DNA of 64,000 nucleotides, taken from contig JAWKMH010000006.1 of NCBI GenBank assembly GCA_041392315.1, forward strand, positions 262,537-326,536, read 5' to 3'. Position numbers and translations under genes: made by a program. Below are positions 42,051-52,739 of the stretch, piece by piece. The notes beneath the pieces are model-generated. The model searched no databases. It was not told the DNA's origin and was given only the letters and a program-made list of their open reading frames with translations. Numbering within the stretch: position 1 is the first letter of the stretch; each line of letters begins with the position of its first letter. The stretch comes from Spirosomataceae bacterium (lineage in GTDB: Bacteria; Bacteroidota; Bacteroidia; Cytophagales; Spirosomataceae).

Positions 42051-43943
42051 TTAATGGTTACAAATCCGTATTCCTGCCTGAAAACCTACCCAATTAGTAA
42101 GCTCAAGGCCATCACGAAGCGTAGTAGTGGGAAAAGGCTGATATAATCGCGATTGGTCTAATTTTAGATAGCCTGGTTGGGCAATCATGACCGTAAGTGA
42201 TGCTCCTCCAAAGAGGGCAATTAGGGGCGTAATTTTCTTTTCTATTCTAAAGCAAGCCGATAAAACAGGCCATTGGAAGAGTCAAAACGATTGGTGGCTT
42301 CCATGATTTTATTGGCTGTCATGTCAAATTACTCATCAGCCTCGCCCCAAGCTTTGGGCCGTTCCAATACCATAGCCAAAGGTATAAAGGGGTTTGTTGG
42401 CAATACCGAAATTGCCGCCTATGGTAAGTATATTATAGAAAGGCCGAACACCCGTTTTGAAGGTTAGATTGGCATAATTGAGTTCATCTGTACTCATCTC
42501 AAAACGGCGGAAGCCGTTGCGTCTTACAAAGCTAAACAACCCAATGGGCAACGCGGCAGAGGAGTCTGCGTAATTGAACAGGGCTATTTGTAGCCCTTTT
42601 TGATGCACTGTAGCATAGTTGAAATAAGGGCTGATTTGTACGCCTTGGAGTTTTTGAAGTGCCATGTTGCCAAAACCACTGAGTTGCCAGCCGCGTACAT
42701 TCCCCACGGTTATATTGCCAAAACCAGCCATCTGCCAACCGTTCAATTCTCCCAAAGTCAGATTGGCAAAACCTGCAGTTTGGAAACCGTTATTAAAACT
42801 CCGTCCTGTCAGATTAGCAAAACCTGCAATTTGTAAGCCATTATGATGCCCCCCCGTCAAATTAGCAAAACCCGAAAGCTGCATGCCATCAAAATTTCTT
42901 AAGACAGCATTGGCAAAGCCTGCTGCTTGCAAGCCAAATACATTTCGCCCCACTAAATTAGCAAAACCCGAAAATTGCGCTCCATGCACATCCCAACGCA
43001 CAATATTAGCCAATCCACCAAACTCTAAAGCATTGACTCCCAACGAATAGCCAGCAATCGCATTGAAAGAAAGGGTATTGATAACATTGCCACTCAATAC
43101 ATGATTGGTACCTATAAAAGGCAAAAGAGAGATTTGAAATGGACGATAGATAGTGTCCTTGACGTTTTGAATATGTACAGCTTGTTTAGCTGTAGCAAAA
43201 GCATCTACAAATGACCTTTCAACTTTATCCAAATCCAGTTTCTTTTTTTGTTTTGTTATTTCCAAAGTATCGGCAGAGGCTACAAATACAGGAGTAGGCA
43301 CTCGAAAGCTAAATGTATCTCTTACTGGCGTACTCATAGGTAATGCCTGTATCAAAATCGGTAAAGGTTTGGTATTGATTCTCGCAGAAATCAAGCCGAT
43401 ATCTAAGGATTGTTGATTATTGATAGCTACACTTGTACCAATATAACTTTCTTTACGGACTTCTATATGTGGGTTAGGCAATGTAGCTGGAAGTCGCAAT
43501 TTGTAATAACCCATTGGATTAGTCACTGCCGAAGCCAGGGTTCGTTTTTCAAAAACACTTGCCTGCGCAATACGCTCTCCTGTTTCTTGGTCAAATATAT
43601 AGCCATTGATGATGATATCTTTGGGTGCTTCGGGCTTTGCCGCTGCTTTTTGAAGAATAATGTGATTTCGCCTCTCTTTATAGGTAGCTGCTCCTCTAAA
43701 TACCTCGTCCAGCCATTGCCTCAATGGTTTATTGGTGATATTGAAAGTAAGACGGCGGTTCAAATCAAATTCGTTGGGATTATAAGAAAAGCTAAATTCA
43801 TTTTGTTCTCCTACTATTTTTAGAGCATCTTCCAACCGTTCATTGTTTAATCGAGCTGTAATGGGTCTATCTAAAATAGATTGTTGTGAAAAAGACACAA
43901 TAGATGTGAGTATAAAAAGAGTGATTTTTAAGAATAATTTCAT
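42051..43943 (-). CDS. Exported protein with STN-like and carboxypeptidase-regulatory-like domains and about ten 16-aa GxQxAGFAN repeats (3' end frameshifted)
   Basis: LEDAL..FSFSYNP (STN-like), INGYIFDQETGERI..TNPMGYY, repeats such as HGAQFSGFANL, NGLQIAGFANL, RGWQLSGFGNM; reading continues to ...WVGFQAGIRICNH* at 42051. Confidence 0.78.
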
Positions 43944-44011
43944 ACATTTTAATAGCTGTTACTGGTTAAAAAATAAGCCCATTTCTAAAGGCTGACCACC
44001 AATTGCCCTAT

Positions 44012-45037
44012 CTATTTACATCCACTTCCATCAAGTACAATAGCACTACCACGACGGACTATTTTCAGATGAAGCGTTTCGGCAATGACGAGAAGCGTAT
44101 TATCTAACGTTTCACGTTCAAAACGTGCGGTAAGAGGACAATCAGAGAGATATTGACTACTCAATTGAATATCGGCATGGTAGCCTTCGCGCAATGAAGC
44201 CACGACCTCGCTCAAATTAGTTTTGTCAAATACAAATACGCGAGTGCGGTAGGCCAATTCGTTGAAATTGAGAGAAGGAAGTTTTAGGAGAGTATCTGCC
44301 TGTGCGATAGCCGCTTCCTGTTTTACTAAAAAAGTAGTAGCCTTAGAGGTTGAAAATTGTACTTTACCACTTGTTACGGCCACTCGTACCTGTTTATCAT
44401 AAGCTTTTACATTGAACGAAGTTCCCAACACACGTATTTCTGTTCCGTTGGCTTTGATAATAAAAGGTCGATTTTCATCACGCTTTACTTCAAAATATGC
44501 CTCGCCTTGTAATGTTACGGTACGATTCTCATCATTGAAATCAGCCTTAGTTATCAACGTTGAGTATTGGTTTAAAAACACTTTTGTACCATCGGGCAGT
44601 TGTTGCTCAATGGTGTTTTTTTGAGTTTGAATCTTATTGACTATCATTGGCTTTTCGATGGGTCTTAAAAAATGATAACCCAACCAACCCAAGCCTATCA
44701 CCACCAATACACTTGCTGCTATGCGCCAAGTTAGTAAATGGTGAATGGTGAATGGTGAGCGGCGAGTGCCAATTGTTGAGGTTACACGCCTTGCTGGGCT
44801 GCCGATTTTCATCTGCCGACTCACTTTTTCCCATGCCAAATCAACATGTACTTCTGCTTGAGGTAGCAAGCCGGCAGAGGTTTGCCAAATTCGCTGAAAA
44901 CGTACCAATTCCTGCTCATGGCTCACCGACAGAGAAAGCCATTTTTTTACTTGCACGACTTCCTCTTCAGTAGCTTCTCCTGCTACATATCGCGCCAGTA
45001 AATCGTCAGGAATCGTTATGTTTGTATTCATTGGCAA
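44012..45037 (-). CDS. FecR family anti-sigma factor
   Basis: DLLARYVAGEAT..V..W, TM WRIAAS, LPDGTKVFLN, RTVTLQGEAYFEV, VLGTSFNV. Confidence 0.93.
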   Translation of the reverse strand: MPMNTNITIPDDLLARYVAGEATEEEVVQVKKWLSLSVSHEQELVRFQRIWQTSAGLLPQAEVHVDLAWEKVSRQMKIGSPARRVTSTIGTRRSPFTIHHLLTWRIAASVLVVIGLGWLGYHFLRPIEKPMIVNKIQTQKNTIEQQLPDGTKVFLNQYSTLITKADFNDENRTVTLQGEAYFEVKRDENRPFIIKANGTEIRVLGTSFNVKAYDKQVRVAVTSGKVQFSTSKATTFLVKQEAAIAQADTLLKLPSLNFNELAYRTRVFVFDKTNLSEVVASLREGYHADIQLSSQYLSDCPLTARFERETLDNTLLVIAETLHLKIVRRGSAIVLDGSGCK

Positions 45038-45051
45038 TAATTTGTCATCAT

Positions 45052-45630
45052 CTAAAAGTTTTGCAAACCCAACGCAAGCATCAACATCGGTAAATAATCG
45101 GCTAATTCTGTTCTTAAAATTTTGAGGGCTTTGCCTATTTGGTTTTCAATGGTTTTGACCGACAAGCCCATTTTATCGGCTATTTCTTGGTACCTTAATT
45201 CCTCAAAACGGCTCATTTTAAATATAATACGGCATTGTTCAGGCAATTTTTCAATGGATTTCGATAGCTGTTGCTCCAATTCATTTTTATAGACTGTCTC
45301 GCTCACAGACTCGTACGAAACCTCCTGATAATCTTGTACATACTGTTGGTGTTCGTCGCGCACTTTTTGGTGTTTAATCCGATTTAAGCAATGGTTATGC
45401 ACCGCTCGGTACAGATACGATTGTAGCGACTGTGTAATCTCTATGGTTTCTCGCTTTTCCCAAATTGTTACAAACACATTTTGTACAATCTCCTCTGCCT
45501 CTTCTGTGTCGCGCAATATACCTCGCCCGTAGGCACACAGCCCGCATAGTATTTCCGAAACACCTGTTCAAAAAATACGCTCGTCGCCTTGCTAATGGCA
45601 GTGAGTAGTTGTGCGTCCGGACAATTGCAC
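45052..45630 (-). CDS. ECF (FecI-like) RNA polymerase sigma-70 factor (5' part frameshifted)
   Basis: FEQVFRKYY, AEEIVQNVFVTIW, SYLYRAVHNHCLN, LPEQCRIIFKMSR, SVKTIENQIGKALK. Confidence 0.9.
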
Positions 45631-45954
45631 GAGAATGTTGTAGCGTTGGTCTTGCAACAAAGAAGGCGATTTTGCGCCCAACCTATGTTTTTTGTTTTTG
45701 GCGAACTAAGTGCCAAGAACGCAGTTGAAACCTCCATTTGGTAGTATGACAACCCAAAGGAGTTTGCACTATCTAAAAGAACGATATTTTGAAAAGGTAA
45801 AGATAAATTGCTATTCCTCTATTGGCTTATTTTGAACGCATTACTTTTTCATTTGTATAGCAAATATGAAAATTTTTCCAAGCCACATAGGGGTTTCGGG
45901 TGTGTCTATGTTGTCATAGCTACAAAACAGTCAATCTCAAATTTCCTTACAGCT

Positions 45955-46665
45955 ATGAAAAAAATATCAGCTATTTTTCTTTTTGTACTTCTATCGGGAT
46001 TCTTTCAATCTTATATTTTTATCGATGGCGATGCCGCCTCAACGCTGTCATTAATGATTCCCGTAATTTTGATTTACGTGGTTTTGACCAACTCCAAATA
46101 GGCAATGCTTTTGATATTCAGGGTGCGGCAATCGGGGCAATTCCATCTTTGTACGTGGCGACCGCCGCGATATTGAAGACTTAGACGTATTTGTGGACGA
46201 AGTGGCAAATTAGTCATGCGTTATCGTAATTGGCTTTATTCGTCGCGCTACCAAATGGATTGTGGACATTACAATGCCTATATTACAGAGTGGACTTTTC
46301 AGGCGCGACCAACTCCATGATTGAAGGTTTTGGTAAAACACCGATATGGACATTCAACTTTCGGGTGCTTCCAAAGCTGAGATTGATGGCGATTGGAACT
46401 TCATAACGATGAACATTTCGGGAGCTTCAGATTTGGTTTACATGGGCAAGGACAAAGTTTGAACGGAGATTTATCAGGGGCTTCACGCTTAGAAGCGTTT
46501 GATTATCAGTTGATAATGCCGATTTAAGCTCAGGCGCAAGTACGGCACGTGTCTTAGTTGGCAAAAATCTCAAAGTAAAAGCCAGTGGTGCCAGTACGCT
46601 GCGTTTTAAGAAATCTGAAGTGAGGTCAGATCTCTCCAGGTAGTAGTACCGTATCTAAAACCTGA
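45955..46665 (+). CDS. Head GIN domain (DUF2807) protein (heavily frameshifted)
   Basis: Fragments RNFDLRGFDQLQIGNAFDI and repeated SGAS/SGAT motifs typical of DUF2807. Confidence 0.7.
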
Positions 46666-46682
46666 TTAAGACAAAAAATCCT

Positions 46683-46690
46683 TAACTTTG
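46683..46690 (+). promoter_or_regulatory. -7 promoter element (TAACTTTG) for ileS
   Basis: TAnnTTTG 30 bp before ATG 46721. Confidence 0.55.
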
Positions 46691-46720
46691 TGGTTGAAAA
46701 TGAGAAATAAAAACCACCCA

Positions 46721-49700
46721 ATGGCGTTCAGAGAGTACAAAGGATTGGATTACGCGAAAATTTAGAAGCGAAAATCCAACAATTCTCAGAAGAATCAAAT
46801 GTTGAAAAATCAGTAGGTGCGCGAAGGTACCCTCTTTACCTATGAAGGCCCCCTCGGCCAATGGCGTACCAGGGTATTCCACGTCATGGCACGGACAATC
46901 AAAAGATATTTTTTGTCGTTAAAACCCTCAAGGCTACCAAGTAAAACGCAAAGGAGGGTTGGGACACCCACGGGCTGCCCATCAGACTGGTGAAAAAGAA
47001 CTCGGCATTAAAAAGACGATATTGGTGTAAAAATCAGCATCGAGGACTACAGCTTGCGTGCGAAGCTTTAATGATGCGCTTTACGGACACGTGGCTCGCC
47101 ATGACCGAAAAATGGGGTATTGGGTGGACATGGACGACCCCTATATTACCTACAAAAACGAATACATCAAACACGCTATGGTGGCTACTCAAGCAGCTCT
47201 ACGATCAAGGATTGCTCTATAAAGGCTATACCATTCAGCCTTATTCGCCTGCGGCATTGCAGGGTTGAGTTCGCATGAGTTGAATATGCCGGTACTTACC
47301 AAGATGTAAAAGACACGACAATCGTAGCCCAATTTTAAAGTAAAACATACGGGAAAATCAGCTTATTTATTCGACACCGCCAATAGCAGCAAGGGTCTAT
47401 ATCTTAGCATGGACACTACGCCTTGGACACTTCCTGCCGCTCGGCCTTAACGGTAGAGGGCTTCCATCGATTACGTCTTAATAAAAACCATCAATCAATA
47501 TACTTATCGAGCCGTTAATGTAGTTTTGGCCAAAGACTTGGTGAGTAAGTATTTTTCAGAAAAAGAACAAGAAGCTGATTTTAGCACCTACAAAGACGGC
47601 GACAAGGTGATTCCTTGAAAGTGTTGATGGAGTTTAAGGAAAATATCTTGAAGACATTGAATATGAGCAACTGCTGCCTTACATTCAGCCGCTGCAAGAT
47701 GCCAACAAAGCTTCCGTGTGATTTTGGGCGATTTTGTAACGACTGAAGACGGCACAAACGTTGTGCACACCTCCTCCTACTTTTGGCCTGAACGACTTTC
47801 CGACAGCCAAGGCCAGTGGCGATGCCCGCTATCGCCAATGCGCGACGAAAACGGCAAAAGTCCCGATTGTGGATAGACAGGGTCATTTTGTCAAAGAAAT
47901 TGAAAGTGAATTGGTGGACGATTTGTCAAAGAAGAATATTACTCAAACGAAGAACGTAATGCACCCGATTTCAAGCTCAAATGTTCTGATAGCTATTAAA
48001 TTAAAAGGAAGAAAATAGGGCATTTAAAGTAGAAAAATACAGAGTATACCTACCCGCATTGCTGGCGTACTGACAAACCGATTTTTATAGTTATCAAATT
48101 GGATGAGTTGGTTTATTGTACTACCACAAGAAAAAGACCGTTTGGTATGCCTCAACAAAACCATCAATTGGCAACCCGAAAGCACAGGTACAGGGCGTTT
48201 TGGCAACTGGCTTGAAAACTTGGTAGACTGGAACCTGAGTCGTAGTCGCTATTGGGGAACACCGCTACCCATCTGGGTGGACTTTTTATCGGGAAAAAGA
48301 ATATGTGTTGGAAGTATAAGAGAAATTAAAGAAGAAGGATGGTACTATTTTGGCGGCGAAAAGTTTGAAAAATACAGACAGACAATTATTGCAAGCATAA
48401 ACCCTGAAATCGTAGAAAGCGATTCTATTCCTCCATTAACCTTGAAAGAATATGAAGAGGGCGAAAAAGCTAATCATGAACGTGGAGACATTAATTCACT
48501 ATCAAAATCCTCATTTTTACCAGGTGACTTTGTATTAATCATGGGAATTAATCGAAGATTATTTAGCTTATTTAATACCTGCAAAAGAATATTTTTCTGA
48601 TTCAAATTTTGATTTGCACAGGCCTTATATTGACAGAATAGCTTATATAAAAAAGCTCTTGACATGGACATTGTAACTGATCTCCCTATCCATCAATATG
48701 GCATCTTTGTTCGCGAAGCTGCCAGACCTATGATTGATGTATGTGGTTAGAGCTCGGGCAATGCCTTATGCTCTGGCGCCTGCCTTTCGAGAATTTGGAC
48801 AAGATATCCCCAAAGTATGGGCGGCACTGCCGACGAAAAAAACACCACATCGTTTCCTGCTGATTTTATTTCGAGAGGGTAGATCAAACACGGGGTTGGT
48901 TTTTTGCTTCACGCCATTGCGGGAGCTTTTGTTTGAAGCGAAGTTTCGTTCAAAAACGTGGTTTTCTACGGGCTTGGTGTTGGATAAAAACAGCAACAAA
49001 ATGTCGAAACGCTTGGGCAATACCATTGAACCCTTTCGCTACCATTGATACCTATGGCCCCGATGCTACGCGCTGGTACATGATTACAAACGCCGAACCA
49101 TGGGACAATCTTAAGTTTAATTTAGAGGTGTTCTGGAAGTACAGCGTAAAGTTTTTTGGAACGTTGTTTAATACCTATAACTTTTTGCACTCTATGCAAA
49201 TTTGGACAATTACAGGGGTAGAACAATTCAACCGTGTACCGCATTGAGCAGTTAAACAGAACCTCGACCGTTGGATTATCTCCAAACTATATACATTGGT
49301 CAAAGAAGTAGGTGAACACTACGACAATTATAACCCCACCAAACGGGGCGTTTGATTCAAGATTTTGTCTTGTGTGTGATAACCTCTCCAGCTTCCGGTA
49401 TGTTCGCCTAAACCGTAGGCGTTTGTAGAGTGAAATGACCACCGATAAGCGAGCCCTTATGAAACGCTTCAACATTGTTTGGCAGCAGTAGCATACAGCT
49501 AATGTCGCCGATTGCTCCTTTCTTTGGCGACTGGCTATACCGCAATCTCACCGATCATGTTCGTGAGGAATCTGTGGCCAAAAATACGCCTTTCAAGCAT
49601 GAATCTGTCCACTTTCACCGATTGGCATACTTATGAGGAATACTGGGTGGACACCGAATTGGAGCAGTCCATGCAATTGGCACAAGATATCTCTTCGTTG

Positions 49701-50384
49701 GTTCACTCCCTGCGCAAGGCGCACAGAATCCAAAGTACGGCAGCCATTGTCCACAAGGTACTCATACCTGTATTGAGCGAAAAACACGTCCGTCAGATAG
49801 CACGTTGCTCCGATTATCATGTCAGGAAGTCAATGTAAAATCGGTAGAGTTTGTGAGCGATGATTCGGGGTTTTGAAGAAAAAAATCCAAGCCTAATTTC
49901 AAAGCACTTGGTCCTAAATACGGGCCTAAAATGAAAGAAGTAGCAAGTCAGTAAGCTGCGCTTACGGCCAATGATATTTCTACGATTGAAAGGGCTTCAA
50001 CATATTAGTGGTTGGTGATTTCACGCTTTCGAAGATGTTGAAATATTAGCCGAAGATGTGCCTGGCTGGTAGCAAGCGAAGGCGGCCTTACAGTGGCGTT
50101 GGATGTCACCTGTTTCTGAAGAATTACGCCGCGAAGGTGCTTCGCCCGCGACAGTAAACCGCATCCATACCCGCAAGACAGTGGCTTAGAAGTAACCGAT
50201 AAGATCAATATTGCTTTGGAGAACAACAACGTGGAGTTGGCCGAAGCAGTAACCGCCTCAACAAAGCTACATTTGTCAAGAAGTACAAGCACTCACCTTA
50301 GAGCTCGTAGCCGACTTAAATGGCTCCCGCCTCAGAAATAGAAATGGATGAGTTTCTGCTCAAAGTAAAAGATTAGTGGCATAA
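46721..50384 (+). CDS. ileS: Isoleucine--tRNA ligase (type 2), heavily frameshifted in this sequence
   Basis: YEGPPSANG, GWDTHGLP, AWTTTPWTLP, YPHCWRT, DWNLSRSRYWGTPLPIW, EGVDQTRGW-like, NKMSKRLGN, YGPDATRWY. Confidence 0.93.
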
Positions 50385-50389
50385 CTATT

Positions 50390-50433
50390 TTTCAAACGAA
50401 GAAAGCCGCGACTCTGGCTTTCTTCGTTTGAAA
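50390..50433. terminator. Bidirectional terminator
   Basis: tttcaaacgaagaaagcc / ggctttcttcgtttgaaa. Confidence 0.8.
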
Positions 50434-50450
50434 TGAAGAGTTACCTACTT

Positions 50451-50890
50451 CTTAGCCTTTACCATTTTGGCAAACTGAACAGACCCGGCGCATCAAGCCC
50501 TCCCAAATGACTGGTAACTTCTTTCATTACCATCTATAAAAAATAGCGTTGGGTAACCTTCAATAGGAGTATCAGCTGGCCAATTGAGGGCCTTCGCCTA
50601 TTTCCATGTCTTTCTTAACATTGATAAAATTGGCATTGAAAAATGCACCTACTACTTTGCGTAAACACATTTTTGCATGGCCTTGCATGGTCCACACCAA
50701 CTGGCGTAGGCATCAAAAAGATAATTTTCTTTCCTTTTTTTGCTTTTTCAAGCACCTTGGCCCAGGCAAGTCCACAAATTGAATACCAACGTCGGCTGTA
50801 TTCGTTTTTAGGGGTTTCGGTCGTAGTAATGGCTGCTATACCCGACAACATGACGGCGGCCAATACGAAAGCGGAGACAAAAGCGTATCA
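50451..50890 (-). CDS. Thioredoxin family protein (frameshifted)
   Basis: After indel correction: KAKKGKKIIF.DAYASWCGPCKAMQKNVF...FNANFINVK.DME.GEG...GYPTLFFIDG. Confidence 0.8.
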
Positions 50891-51055
50891 TTGGAGTTTA
50901 TGTTTTTATTTTGAAAATATTCTTTGAACCTACAACAGAATTTCATTGCAGAATCGTTGTTTTCACCAAAAAAATTACCAAATCAGCGAATATTTTACAT
51001 TGCCATTGAGGGGCAATAACAGTTCTTGTTGATTATTTACAGTTCGCAATATGGG

Positions 51056-52699
51056 CTTACTTTTGGGAGGTCTATACCTACAAAGTAAGTTTGTTCATTT
51101 ACTTCATAAAGCCCTTTTCTACCAGAGAAATGTTTGCTTTCCAGCTGCTATTCGCACATATCCGTTTAGCATGTTACCATTGATGATTCGGGTAAGTATG
51201 CCATTGGTAGCAGTTATTTCATGGTTATCTCGGAGTCATTTGTACGATACGTCACTGTCGGAACCCCAACGGTGTTGAGTCATTACCCACGATAGACCAA
51301 ATCGGTCAGCGAATCGGGCCATGGCGCATTGGGGTCTTTGAGCACAGCCAATCCACCTGGCCTTTGGTGGCATTGGCAGCACCATTGGATGTAAAATTTG
51401 CGGGTTCGCCGCGTTCGTGCCACATTTCTGTAACGTCAGCAAATGGCCCTTTCAAAACTTCTGTCTGGAACCTCGATTGAGATCAAGGCTATAATTAAGC
51501 CCCTGTGGCAGTCCTACCATTAAGCAATGCGTTCGTTTACGACCTTTTCTCCTTCATGAATGATAAATGAGCGCACCATTTCGGCTTTATTGTTGGCCGA
51601 AACTTGAATTTAGGAATAGGATCTGGTTCTGGCACTGAAGAAAGAACGTGCCACCAATGGATTGCGTTCGAACCCCTTGTGTAAAGCGTACATTCCTAAA
51701 GTGCAGGTCGCCGCCAGGTGAGTTTGTGGTAATGTAATCGAAAAGGATGTGTGCCTTTAGAGAGGTGAATATTTACTGGCACAAGATTTTGAAGAAAATC
51801 ATTCCATTGATAAAGTACCACCTTTCATCAATTTCAAGCAACCATTGGCCATATAAGCCAGCTGCAAATGATAGTCTCCCTCTTGGGTCATTTTATCCAT
51901 TTGGCCTTCATAAAGTAGATAATAGCTATTGTTTCCTATGCCCCATTCTCTGGTTAAAATCGAGGTGGTATCTTTTTGAGGGATATTGGAGCAACTCTTT
52001 CGGTCTGTCATTGCCTGCTTTGTAGAGGGTATAGTAAGATTTTTTGAGCGTTAGAGGACGTGCATCCCTAAGAAGTTGGTAAAAGACATTTTTAAAAGCT
52101 ACTGTTCCTGTTATTACATTCAAAGCGAGGATGTTTGAGCATTGTCCACGTTATTCAAACCATTTTTCTTGAATGACAACACCGTTGAGTGTTAGTTTTC
52201 GAAGGATTGAGCATTATTTTTTGAACTGTACTTTTAAACTTTGCCAAAGCCCTGGTGCTTTACAGGCATTTTGAATAGGGACCAAATCGCCTACTGTACC
52301 GCAAGTGTTAGCATTAATGATAGGCAATTGCCAGCTATCTTTAAGATGAATATTGTACCCTCCTGGCAACACAACAACAGCATTGCTACCTGGCGAAAGC
52401 ATAAGTCTAATTGCAAAATTAAATCGCCAGCTCCTAAATTTGTCTGGCTTTACTGCCTTGAGTACCAGCTCAATGACACTATTATTTTTGTCGATAATGG
52501 GAATGGTTTTAACAAAATCACTTTTTCGAAGTGTAAAGAGGATTACTGTTTGGGCTGCTTTCAAGTCCCTATCAACTGAAAATCACCCATTATCAGCTGT
52601 TATCAGTTTTGTCATACCTGTATTTTGGGCAGATACAGAAAAAATAAAACCGACTGTCAAAAAGACGAAAGCCGGCTCTAAAGGTATTGTATAATTCAT
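51056..52699 (-). CDS. Exported hypothetical protein (about 540 aa, heavily frameshifted)
   Basis: Signal-peptide-like start (...FIFSVSAQ) and a chain of overlapping minus-strand fragments; no family recognised; ends approximate. Confidence 0.45.
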
Positions 52700-52739
52700 G
52701 GTCAAAGAGAATATCGTCTTTGTGTTCTTTTAATCAAAC

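Noticed and set aside
48277-48610. Intein or intron in ileS
   Set aside because: No N-terminal Cys/Ser block, His-Asn terminus, homing endonuclease motif or group I/II intron features seen
46721-50384. ileS, rnr and other broken genes as true pseudogenes or programmed frameshifts
   Set aside because: Indels are numerous, clustered by region regardless of gene function, and affect an essential synthetase; sequencing error is the simpler explanation
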